Notes under the pieces: model-generated | What the model saw: only the letters and a program-made list of their open reading frames with translations | Database searches by the model: none | What the model was told of the DNA's origin: nothing | From: Diplonema japonicum | Taxonomy: Eukaryota; Protista; Euglenozoa: Diplonemea | Length of the DNA stretch: 64,000 nt | Assembly: GCA_964019335.1 (NCBI GenBank) | Contig: OZ025670.1 | Location: forward strand, 372,001-436,000 | Direction of reading: 5' to 3' | Made by a program: the position numbers and the translations under genes | Part shown: piece by piece, positions 45,287 through 56,506 of the stretch | How positions within the stretch are numbered: the first letter of the stretch is position 1 | Layout of the letters: each line of letters starts with the position of its first letter

Positions 45287-45659
45287 GGATCTTGACATGA
45301 TGATTAAAAAACTTGAAAAGCGAGGCAGCACTGCGACTGTTTCCTCGGCATATTTGTATTGATTTTTTTTTTCAAAACCCCCCCCCCATTCCCCCCCGCG
45401 GTCAAGGGAAGGATTAGGTTGCCTTTCCCCCTCCCCCTTTTTTTTTCTTCTTTTTTTCTAAACCGAATCGTTTATGTGGCTGGGTCTATTTTTTTTTTTT
45501 TCTTTTTTTTTTTCCCTCTTCTCTGTTCCTTATTTTTTTATATTATGAAATGACAGCTTCTTGCAGTTAAGGGGAAAATAGGGAGGGGGAGGGTGAGAGA
45601 AAAAAAAAAAAAAAAAAAGAGGGCAGTTGTAGACATGTCTGAACCTATTTTCAGTCAAC

Positions 45660-45699
<40 letters not shown>

Positions 45700-48382
45700 C
45701 CTCCCCACTTATTCCCCTCCCTCTCTCTTTGCTGCAAATGAGGGTCTTTTCATCCTTTTTTTTATTATTATTATTATTCACAAAAGAAAAAGAGAGAAAG
45801 TTTTGCTTCGCAGCAGACACCACGTGGGGAGCCACAAAAAAAAAAAAAAAAAAAAAAAAAAAAAGCACTCCCCCCTCCCACTTGCATAATTACGGACCTG
45901 AGTAACTATTTTAATTAAGAATCAGTTTACTGACATCAAAGAAATAATAGGGTTTTTTGGTGCCTGTGGGCTCTCTTCCATAGTGAATATCAACGCATCA
46001 GCTTTTAAAGAGCTACACGGGGGGAGTATCGGAAAAATCTACAAGTCGGACTTGTTTCCCCCTTTTTCTTTTTTTTTTTTTCCGACATAGGTTTTTCTCC
46101 CCTTCCCTCCCCCCCTTTTTTTTTCACCCATGCTTTTTTAATTTTGTATTTTTTTCCTTTTTTTTTTCTCCTTTTATTCATAGCACCCCCCCCCCCCCCC
46201 CATCACAACAAGGGGGGGGGGGTAAGAACAAGCCTATGATTTGAAAAATTAACCCCAATTTAATCATGCAGTGGACCAGAGTATTCTGAGTTTTTTTTTC
46301 TTCTTTTTGCTTGAAAGCTCATAAAACACTCTTCTCAAAATGGGGAATAAGGAGCTATGTCTGTTCTTCTTTTTTTTGTTTTTAAAAAGAAATTCAAACA
46401 ATAAGAACTCCTTTCTTTACATTAAGCCTCCCCCCCCCTTTTTTTCTCTTTTTTTTTCTCGTCTTTACCTTGTTCCTAAGAAACAGCATGGCTGTCGATT
46501 TCAAAAAAAAAAAAAAAAAGAAACCCCTAAATTTAAGCTAAGATAAGTGCCACCAGTCTCCAATAAAAGGAAGGCCGAATAAGAAATCTTGATCAGGTTG
46601 CCTCAGGGTCATGCAACAGGGGGTTTAAATAAGCACACTTAGCATATCCCCCCTCGGTGGGGAAAAAAGAAATTCGGGAAGAGGGTTGAAATCGACTCTA
46701 AATTATGTTGAGTTTTGCATTTTTTTTTTTTTTTATCTTAAAAAAAATGTTTCTTGGGGAAGAAAAAAAAAATTGAAGAATTTTTTTTTTTCCCTTCTTC
46801 TGTACCCTGATGGAGCGCAAGAACAGACATGAAGGATCAACGTGTCCACTCTGAAAAAAAAAAAAAGAAAAAAATAAGAAACCCACGCGCCATAGCCCCT
46901 GAAGGATTTTTGCTATTTTTTTTTTTGTTGTCCTTCCCCTTCCCCTCCTTTCCTGTTTTTGTTGTTCTTATGAACGTGGCAGCAGTACAGGGAGGGGACG
47001 ACAGGGGGGGGGGGGGGGGGGGGGGGGCAATGGCAACGTGTTTCTCCGTGACAAAACCTTTTAACGCGAGGTCACTCCCCCATCTTCTAAAACCGATAAA
47101 ATGGGAGGAGGGAATTGTTATAGAGGTGCCTCTTATACTGTACAAAATTGCAAAAGAAAAGAAAAACCAGAGGGATGGAAGAATACGGAGAGAGGAAGGG
47201 GACAACTGAACAAGTACAAACTGGCGTATCCCAGCACCTCTCGCCGATGTGACCTCTTCGGCTCAGCAATTTTTTTTCCCTCCCCTCTCCCCCCCCCCCC
47301 CCCCCCCCCCTACAAGTCTGTTCATCCTAGTGCTCCATTTACAAAAAAAAAAAAAAAAAAAAAAAAAAAACTAGAAAATGAGTGCCGGACTGACAAAATT
47401 TCCGATTTTTTTTTTTTTTTTTCCCCCGGCATCACTCGCAACCAGGGTAAGCGTTGCAGTCAACGTCTGCCTGAGTCGAGAGGTCTTTCAGGAATTTGTC
47501 AAGTCCGGTGTTTTTCTTTTTTTTTTCTTTTTTTTTTTTTTATAAAGAAGATATCATTCTACACCCCAAATTTTATTTTCTCCCTCCCTCTCTCTTTTTT
47601 TTTTTTTTTCTTTTTCTTTTGGTGGGTTGTTGTTCCTGATACTTCCCCGTTCTTTCGAATCGCTTATGTATGTTTTGTTACCCCTCCTCCCCCATTCTTT
47701 TTTTTTCTTCCTTTCAATCCTTATTTGTGTGACCCATTTGATCAATATCCCCACCTCCCAAACCACCCTTTCCTTGACCTGCAGGTATTTTATTTTATTT
47801 TTTATGCCACCTCTCCCCGCTCAAATGTTGGGCAGAACATGCAAGAGAAAGAAAAAAAAAAAGAAAAAAAAAAAAGAAGGGCCACATTAATAGAATTAAG
47901 TACATAACAGCCCTCGACGTAAAATTATTTCCTCCCCACTCCTCTGGGTGGAGGAATGGGGAGGTGGGGGGGAAAGGAAAAAAAGAAGAGAAAAAAAAAA
48001 AAAAAAAAAAAAGAAAAAAACTAATTGATGGATGAAGATACATAGTGAAGAGGGCAGAACGAAAGGGGAATAAAAAAAAAAAGAAATGGCATGTTTCCCT
48101 TCCCTACAACCTCCCTCTCTTTTTTTTTTTTTTTTTTTTCTTGTAGGGTAGACGTTTAAAATATTTCTCCCTTCCATTACATTGTGATTTTTTTTTTTAA
48201 TTCGTCTTTAGCTGTAGGGAGATAGTATACCGTGTTTTAGATTATTGGGGGGGTTTTTTTTTTCCCCTCTTTTTTTTTTTTTTTTTTTCGTTTTTGGTTT
48301 TTTAAAAAAAGGGAAGAGAACAAAGAGGGGGAGGGGAGGGGGGGGCAATACAAGAGGGGTGATATACTTCGCCCGGAAAGCA

Positions 48383-48420
<38 letters not shown>

Positions 48421-51006
48421 TTCCATGCGCCCTTTTGTAGGACAATAAAAGAGGTTTTTTGTTAAGAACCAAACAAGAGAAAAAAAGGAAAAAAGATGTT
48501 TTCCGTTTGCTGCCTACTTCTCTCCCACCCACCCACCCCCACTTTTTGTAGTTTTTATCACCCACCTTATATTTTGACGCCTTCTTACATAAGATGAAGT
48601 AAATGTATGTGAAAAAAGAAATTGGTATGTCATGGGCGGGGTATGCCATATTCGTGTTGAGCAAGGGGGAAGAAGAGGAAGAAGAGGAAGAAAAAGTTTT
48701 GCTTTAAAAACCCCCCCCCCCCTTTCTTTCAAAACCCTTAACTCGAATGGCTGAAAAGATGCTTCTTCTTTATAGCCCTCCTTCTGCCCCTTTGATCCCA
48801 CAAGTGGAAAAAAAAAAAAAGAAAAAAAAAAAGAAAAAAAAGAAGGGAAACAAAAAGGGTAGAGTGAAGCTTAAAATAGTGTTTTAAGGTGAAAATGTAC
48901 CTCCTTCGCCCAGTCGTTTGTCCTGCATCATGACAGTGCTATGACAATGGTGACCGGCCTACGATTTCACTTTTTTTTTTTTTTCCCTTCCAGTAGGCTA
49001 TTTGAGCAACTCTTTCTTTCGTTTTTTTTTTTTTTTTTTTTTTTTTTTCTTTTTTTTTTCGTTTTCCTTTTTCACTCACATATTTCTTCTTTTTTTTTTT
49101 TTTTTTCTTCCAGCTTGAAATGCAAGCAACTGCAATTTTTTCACCTCTTGTACCTCCCCTTGCATGGAGATTTTACACACCCAGGAAAATGATCCTAAAG
49201 CTCGGGTTAAAAAAGAAATTTAATTTTCGGAATGAGAGAAAAACAAAACAAAAACAACAAAAAAGAAAGTCCCCCCTTTTTTTTTCAATTAGGGTGGCTC
49301 TGCCCCTGTATTGCCCTTTATTGGGTCCAGTTTTTTTTTCTTTCTTTCTTTTTTTTTTCTTTTTATTATATCAGAATACCGTTGTACTTAATATCGAGTC
49401 CGAATTTTTTTTTTTTCCTTCCGCCTTTTGCTCCATATTAATTCCGTTCAAATTTCATTTTTTTTGAAAGAAATCCAAATCGGTTTTCGAAATTAGGAAA
49501 GAATTCCTTAAGTTACCGATTCGAGGCAAGTGTCCCGCTCCAAATATTTTTCGTTTTTCACATTAAGTACAATCACGGTAGAATTTAAAGAAAAAAAAAA
49601 AACCTCAATTCCTTTTTTTTTTTCTTTACTTTACTTTTCCCTACTTCAATCTGTCTGTTTTCTTTTTTTTTTTTCTATGCACCAAAATAAGAAAAAAAAA
49701 GGAGAGAGGGAGAGGAAAGAGAGGGGGGAAAACTGCTAACTTTTTTTTTTTGTTCCCTTTTAATTTTTTTTTTTTTTTTTTCGAGATTTCCCCACAGATG
49801 ATGTTGTTCACAGGAAAGGGGAAAGGAGGGTATTTCCCGGTTTACGGGGTGCAAAAAAAAAAAAAAAAAAAAAAAAGCCCTCCTTTTTTTTTTTTTTTTT
49901 TTCGCCTCCTTTCTCACTCTCCCTTTTTTCTTTTCTACTTTGTACTTATTTTCTTCATTTTTTTTTCCTTCATATTTGAAGCACGGGGGAGCAAAACTTC
50001 GGTTTCTCCTCATAAGAAAATTAGTAAGAATGCGAGTCCCCTTCTTTATGTAAGAGAGTCCACACAGCACAATTAGTTTTCATCAAGATGCTTGGTACCA
50101 GACACTCTCTCCCCCCTTCCCCTCTTATAAAGCAACCTTGCTGTTCTGTACATTTTTTTTAAAGGAGTTATATTATTTCATTCTCCCCCCCTCCCCCCCC
50201 CAACAAAAAAGCATACACCTGGGAAAAGATGGGCGGGAATTTTTTTTTTTTCTTTTCCCCTACCCCTTCAGTGTATGCGTTACGAGCCGAATAGATGGGA
50301 CAACTAAGGGAAGTAGGTGAGATGCAAGAGAGGAAAAAAAAAAAAAAAAAAAAAGGGGAGACAAGAAGAGAATAGAGCAGCGCTATTTAGGGGAGAAAAA
50401 TAGGAGGTACAGAAGGGGGGGAGGGGGAAAAGAGGAATATAAAAAGAAAAAAAGAGAGCGGTACCCTAATGTGTACCCTCATCCCCCCCCCCCCCCCCCC
50501 CCCACCTCACCTTCCTCATGCGCTGGCCGTCTCTCAAAAAAGAGAAGAAAAAAAAAAGGAAAACAACATTTTGCGTTTATTTTTTTTTTTTTATACTTTT
50601 CTTTTTTTTTTTTTTTTTTTTTTTTTTTGCCCTCATTCTCCCCCGCTTGGAGCCCCTTTTATTAATTTTTTTCTTTTCTTTTTTTTTTTCCTGCACACAT
50701 CACTCATCAAACGAATCTTTCAATGCCACCTCAGTTCTCCCTGATACTGATTTCTCTCTTTTTTTCTTCTTCTTCTTATTATTATCTAGACGGTCGCAGC
50801 TGTTCTTTTTGCAAAAGAAAAGAATTAAAAAAAAAGGAGAGAATAAATGGGGACTCAGATAGCCTGGAGATCACTCGAGAAATAAGATGGTGTGCATTCT
50901 TCCCCCCCACCCCCTTTTTAAATTTTCCGTTTTTTTTTTCCCTTTTTTTCCATCTCGGTCCTTTGGACTTCCTGTTCTTCTGACTCCTTTTTTTGAAAAG
51001 AAAATG

Positions 51007-51038
<32 letters not shown>

Positions 51039-51316
51039 ACATTTTTTTTCTTCTAGCTTACCCTTCCCCTGCCCCCCTGCCCTATCTTTTTTTTTTTTTT
51101 TTTTTTTCTCCTCCGGTTCACCACTCCAGTCATCTAAGGGGTGTCCAGCGCAATTTCGAAGCTTTGTTTGATAGTGCGATAGCACCAAGTGCCGATGGAA
51201 CTATGCAAACCGCAGCATTGTCTTTTTTTTTTTTTTGACAAAGCACTACTTTCTCTCACTCAAAGAGTGTTGAAAAAAAAAAAAGAAAAAAAAAAAAAGA
51301 AAAAGAAAAAGAAAAA
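45234..51316 (+). other. 6-kb gene-free interval with multiple self-complementary islands (long 3' UTR or lncRNA candidate)
   Basis: Only low-complexity ORFs. Nested stems at 46494-46696, 47041-47256, 47381-47510 and 49377-49580, among others. Confidence 0.5.
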
Positions 51317-52221
51317 ATGGCGCCAAAGGCACATAAAAAAGGAGGTCGTAAAATTCTGAGAAACACGAGGAGTGAATACTCATGTGAAGGAAGAAGAGAG
51401 GTCACGATCGTGAAAGGGGACGGTGAGAAGCTTGGGTGCTCCTTGGAAAACATGAGACTCGTGGATGTTGATCCGGACACAGCAGCAGAACGATGCGGCG
51501 CCAGAGGGTTCATCGGAAGAAAGGTAACCTCCGTCAACGGCAAGCCCGTAAGAGATGTAGAAGAGGTGAGAGAGGCAACCCGTAAAGGAGGCGAAGTTTT
51601 GATTGGTTTTGAAGAACTCTCGCTGTGGAGCAACAAAGGTAAACGATCAGTCTCGGAACCTGTACGCGTGCAGAAAAAAGCTGTTTCGCAAAGAAGGCGC
51701 ATTGACGGCAGCCCTTCAATGCTAAACAAAACCCCACCACAAATGTTCGTTGAACCCGAGTACGTTCCTTCACAAATGGAGCTCCCTACGCACCTCCCTG
51801 ACACGCCCTTCGGTACTGACAAGAACATCCCAAAGCTCAAGAACACATATGCGAAATACAAGTTTCCTCCGAACCAAACTTCAGCTTCCATGGAATCCAT
51901 CGGGCTCACGCCTGGTGGTGGTAAGTTTGTCAGGTCTCATTCTTCTCCTGTGAGCTCTGTGCGCCGTGGCCGCCCGAACCCGCAGTCCACCGCTGCAGAC
52001 TTCCTCGCACATGATAATTCACTCAGAAGAAACCCCATCACAACAGGGATCAGGCAGTACAACGGCCGATCATCGACACCGTCATCCCCTTCAGGCAGAC
52101 GGAGGCCCAATGCTAACCCTGCCCTGCTGTACCATGCTTCGTTCCTTGTCGACCCCACCCCGAACCAGTCGCCGTCAGTTAGACAGAAAGGACGGTGCGA
52201 GACAGATAAGAACGGCGGGAG

Positions 52222-52281
<60 letters not shown>

Positions 52282-52635
52282 TGAATTTACAGCCATGGGG
52301 ACATCATCGGCAGTCAATGGAGGGGCACGAGGGATGCCCCTGTGCCGAGGATCATCAGCAAGAGAACAGGTCCCATTATCGTGGCGCTGCCCCAACCGCA
52401 GTATAGATTCGCCGGCCCCACGAAGAAGCACCCCGTGCCCGTTCCTGCCACGTCCGATATCTTCAATCACCAACAGTACATCCCCAGGTCCTGTGCTGAC
52501 ATGACCGACGCAATGGGCACCGGTAAGGGTCGCAGCAGGACCCCCCAACGAAACGATAACGGAGCCCCCTCCGCAGGCAGGAGACGTTCATACACCCCCA
52601 CAGCCACCAGCTGCCCCCCCTGGGGCACCCATTAG
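51317..52635 (+). CDS. Protein with N-terminal PDZ-like domain and low-complexity tail, 2 exons
   Basis: VTIVKGDGEKLGCSL...VDVDPDTAAERCG...VTSVNGKPV. Intron 52222-52292 removes the poly-T and joins the 52342-52635 frame. Confidence 0.75.
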
Positions 52636-52779
52636 GCAACCTGGTATCCCTCACTTTGTACTATCAGTTAAAACCCCGCCCTTTGTATCCCTGCATTGTA
52701 TCCCACTTCATTCATCTCTTCCTATTTTTTTATTTTTTTTTTTTTTTGTTTCAAATGTTCAGAAAACCCCGGCAGGAAG

Positions 52780-55700
52780 ATGACGGTTGGCATGTTGATA
52801 GGGGAAGAGGAGAGAGAAGAAGAAGCTGTGCCACAACAGAGGGTGATCTCAGGGCATGCCAAAAGGCTAAGGGAGTACAATAAGTTCCGGCAAGCGCAGG
52901 AGTACCAGGAGGTTCTGAACAAAATAGGATTCCATTCTGAGGACTACGCGGCGCACCCATTCTTCCCGGGGACAGAAGTGTGGCGGTTCTTAGGAAAACA
53001 ATATTGTGGGAAGACGCAGGGCCCGGTGGTGCTACCTGTTAAGATATGGGTGCCTCCCACTCTTGTAATGTGGCCTGCGTCCAAGAACATCTGCTTCTAC
53101 ACAGACAGAAGCACGGGCAAGTTGTGCAGAGTAGAGGGTGTCAGTATAAAGTTCTTTCGAAGCCTTCTGACGGAATCAAACATGCCGGTAGCTGACCCCG
53201 AGAAGACACCTCTTCCTGAGACGCTTGCGAAGACATACGACGTGCTCGACCCTCCCAGCGACAAGAGGCTATCATCGTCCTACTCTAAAGGGTGCAAGTC
53301 GGCACGGCTCATGGGGTCAGGCTGGATGCCTGCGAAAGACGATGATGAACCGTGGCACAGCATGCCGTGCAAGACCACCACCTCAATCAGAGGAGTGCTG
53401 CTACGAGGCCACCCCCGTGACACGTGGGTTACAGGCTTCAAGATAAGCCACTCGCTTGATGGGCTGTGCTGGTTTGAAATAGAAGAAGGGCGGATCTTCC
53501 CAGGGAACAGGGACACGAACAAGCTTGTGGAGGTCTTCTTCAAACACGCTGTTGTGACGCGGTGGCTGCGGTTGCACCCAGTCATGTACTCCGGGGCTCT
53601 TCCTGGTCTGCGGGTTGCTATGTTGGTTGACAAGAACCAGAAAAAGCTTGAAGCGAGCGTCCTTGAGCCAGCCGTGGTAGTGAAGTGCCCCTTTCCAGGT
53701 GATAACGTCACCGCCACACATGCTCTGCTCCCTTCGCAAATGCCTTCTGTGTTGATGAACAGTGTTATCGAGCCGCAGGTCGTGCAGAAGTACATCAGGG
53801 CACGTGGGAATACAATGTCCATCTACAGATGCGTGTGGCGTGCCTTCACAGACAGTTATGCCTACCAGATCACCAACAAGCACAGCACGACGGACTCCGT
53901 TGATTGCGACGTCAAGTTCCTGGTCACTCAGGAGTCTGTGCAGAAGCTGGCTGTGTTTCTGCTGAAGCCTGCAGCGTGCAGTGAGATATGCGCCAGAACG
54001 GCAGACATTGCTGGCCTCCTCACACCACAGCTGCGCACCCATGGCGAGATAGAGACTTTGGTGACGGACTGGGTACGGTCGCCGCACAACAAGTACTACT
54101 TCCTGCAGGTGAAAGGATGGTCCTTGCGGAAGGTTTTCAGGGTACCTGTGAAGCCCAAGCGGGTGGACTCCAGCTTAGGATCGAAGTGCGCGATGTGCGG
54201 AAAGAGGACGCAGCTGGAGTGCAAGATGACCGCCGCTATGATATATAACACAATCAAGCTGAAGAAGAGCAAGAGCGAGTGGCCGTTAAACTCGCACGTG
54301 GCCCCCAAGGGCACCGGTTCTGTACGGTACGCGTCGTACAGGGTGTGCAAGGAATGCTACGAGATCCATCAACAAGAGCTGCGTGCGTACAGGATGGAGA
54401 AGCAGCTTGCAGCGTCCATGAAGATGACCACGGACGACTTGACAGACACGTCTCTCGCCACAAAACAAAGGAGGAACCCTGCAGGGACTGTTTATTATGA
54501 ACCCAAAGCTGCCTGCTTTACGGACTTCATCAAAGAGGTGTCGACAGGTATCGCAAACACCACCGAGAGGCAGGACACCCTTCACAAGTGGTCTTTCATC
54601 CTTTACTTCGACCACCTCTACAACCTCCCTACACAGCTCATCACTGGCGACATGCACCTCACTGTTAAAGAGCTGCTGCACAAAAAGGACCGCATCGGCG
54701 TTTTTGACGGGCCTCCTCCCTTCGTGTCTGAAAGTCAAGTCGGGCACCACCGTCTTCATGCCTTGTCCGTTCGGATCTTTTACTGTACCAGCGGGGAGGC
54801 CGTGAGGGCATTCTTCTCAAATTTGAAGATGATTGAGGTGGGGTTGTCGATGAACAAGACACTCTTAGGTGTGGTGCAGTTCCCTCTGGCACAGCTCCTC
54901 TCGAGCAGCGGGATACAACGCATCAGCATGCTGCGCATGTTCGGCTCGTCTGCGTTAAAGAACTGCTCTCTGCGACTGCAGGTCGGTCTGACATCAACAC
55001 CTGTAGGACACATCTACAACAGAAAAGACCTCGTCCTAGACAAGGAGAGTGGATTCTATTTTCAAGAGGACCCTGTAACAAGGATCTCGGCACTGCCAGA
55101 AGACTGGAAGAAGCTTGTTTTAGATGGCATGGTCGAGACCTGCTCGGCGGTGGCTCTGAAAGAAACAGTAGAAGAGTATGAGAAGAAAACCCCGTCCCCC
55201 GATGAGAACAGTTTGATGATCTCTGGTGAGATGGCCTGCGAGATGTCGGGTGCAAACACGGCGAAGGGCGAGGAAGGGTATGAAATACCGCAGCTGTCAA
55301 AGGTTGGCGATGGGTACGGCATTGCCACGCTCGCGGTGTTGAAGAAGGAGATGTCGACTGCAAAGGAAATCCTGAACCACCTAGCGCAGCAGGGCGTTGG
55401 GAAAAAGAAGGCGAAGGCGTCGTTTGTACCCACACGGAGAGTCAAGAAGCTAAAACGGTCTGTAAAACACACGCCGCCACCGTCACCACCTGAGGAAGAA
55501 GTATTCATGGGGCAGACAGTCTCTTCAGGGACATCGTACAACACAAGCACATCACTGGCTGAGCGACTTCAACGGATACAACACCCCAGGCACAAGGCAG
55601 GCTCTAGAGCAGTGTCCAACGCATGGGTGGTTGACGAGCCAAAGAAGGTCGAACAAAACATCATCGACAACACAACAGAGACCCTTGAGGCCTCAAGTGT

Positions 55701-56328
55701 CATGCAGATCACAACCGAGGAACCAACACCCGTACACACATTGTGGCAGCTGAGCATTGCTGTGACATGTGTCGATGGGGAGGTCGGTGACGATCACGAC
55801 ACCACGTGGAACGCACGGTATTCACTGTTTGGAAAAGAGGTAAGCTACATGGGCTTCAGACTGATGAAAGACGGCCCCGTCATGTTCGAGGAGGAAGAGG
55901 TCTGCAATATGATGTGTCCGAGCATGAAAGCACTTGGGACGTGCATGCAGAGTGTGAACGATACTGGGGAGCTTGTGGTGATGTTCCATAATGCGTTCCA
56001 TGGCTCCACTGTGTACAGTGCCGTCATCCCCCTTGAGGATCTGTACGAGCCGCTTCTTGTTCGTAAATCTCCGCACAAGATAGATGGTTGGTTCCCCCTT
56101 AAGCGTCACACGCTCCTCTCCCCTGCAGAGGATCTTGAGTCTGTCTCGAGTCTGTCATTACCCTCCCCGAGCCCTTCCCCCAGGTCAAGGGTCTCGTTTC
56201 ATGCAGAGCCGGAGCCCCTCATTGAGATCACCATCACACTCCGGCCCCACGACACTGTAGCGAAGGACGTTACTATCATCAAAGACCTGCGCCCTGAACA
56301 CGACGTAACTATCTGTGCTCACGAGTAA
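52780..56328 (+). CDS. Large protein with F5/8 type C (discoidin) domain and CxxC...CxxC zinc-binding motif
   Basis: SARL...GWMP...WVTGFKISHSLDG..W....FPGNRD....TRWLRLHP...LRV is a discoidin pattern. CAMC...VCKECY. Confidence 0.82.
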   Translation: MTVGMLIGEEEREEEAVPQQRVISGHAKRLREYNKFRQAQEYQEVLNKIGFHSEDYAAHPFFPGTEVWRFLGKQYCGKTQGPVVLPVKIWVPPTLVMWPASKNICFYTDRSTGKLCRVEGVSIKFFRSLLTESNMPVADPEKTPLPETLAKTYDVLDPPSDKRLSSSYSKGCKSARLMGSGWMPAKDDDEPWHSMPCKTTTSIRGVLLRGHPRDTWVTGFKISHSLDGLCWFEIEEGRIFPGNRDTNKLVEVFFKHAVVTRWLRLHPVMYSGALPGLRVAMLVDKNQKKLEASVLEPAVVVKCPFPGDNVTATHALLPSQMPSVLMNSVIEPQVVQKYIRARGNTMSIYRCVWRAFTDSYAYQITNKHSTTDSVDCDVKFLVTQESVQKLAVFLLKPAACSEICARTADIAGLLTPQLRTHGEIETLVTDWVRSPHNKYYFLQVKGWSLRKVFRVPVKPKRVDSSLGSKCAMCGKRTQLECKMTAAMIYNTIKLKKSKSEWPLNSHVAPKGTGSVRYASYRVCKECYEIHQQELRAYRMEKQLAASMKMTTDDLTDTSLATKQRRNPAGTVYYEPKAACFTDFIKEVSTGIANTTERQDTLHKWSFILYFDHLYNLPTQLITGDMHLTVKELLHKKDRIGVFDGPPPFVSESQVGHHRLHALSVRIFYCTSGEAVRAFFSNLKMIEVGLSMNKTLLGVVQFPLAQLLSSSGIQRISMLRMFGSSALKNCSLRLQVGLTSTPVGHIYNRKDLVLDKESGFYFQEDPVTRISALPEDWKKLVLDGMVETCSAVALKETVEEYEKKTPSPDENSLMISGEMACEMSGANTAKGEEGYEIPQLSKVGDGYGIATLAVLKKEMSTAKEILNHLAQQGVGKKKAKASFVPTRRVKKLKRSVKHTPPPSPPEEEVFMGQTVSSGTSYNTSTSLAERLQRIQHPRHKAGSRAVSNAWVVDEPKKVEQNIIDNTTETLEASSVMQITTEEPTPVHTLWQLSIAVTCVDGEVGDDHDTTWNARYSLFGKEVSYMGFRLMKDGPVMFEEEEVCNMMCPSMKALGTCMQSVNDTGELVVMFHNAFHGSTVYSAVIPLEDLYEPLLVRKSPHKIDGWFPLKRHTLLSPAEDLESVSSLSLPSPSPSPRSRVSFHAEPEPLIEITITLRPHDTVAKDVTIIKDLRPEHDVTICAHE

Positions 56329-56506
56329 GTTCCATTTTTCTTTTGTTCTGTCGAACATGCCTTTACCCTCTTCCTTTTATTTTTTAAACCTAATGTCTTA
56401 AGTGCGAAGAGCGCTCACAGTTCTTTGTTGTGTTTTTTTTTTCTTTTTCTTTTTTTTTCTTTTTTTTTTTCTCTCCCGCCTTTCTTTGTACCTTGTTACA
56501 GGCACC

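Noticed and set aside
45297-45362. Box C-like ATGATGA or SECIS-like hairpin after the CCCH gene
   Set aside because: No box D CTGA at a suitable distance, no SECIS geometry and no in-frame TGA in the upstream gene.
46521-46531. AAACCCCTAAA as a telomerase template
   Set aside because: It does not match 1.5 copies of the TTAGGG complement and likely pairs within the domain.
46575-46630. TPP riboswitch-like words on the minus strand (CTGAG...ACCTGATC)
   Set aside because: Spacing and the P2/P3/P5 helices do not fit the TPP consensus.
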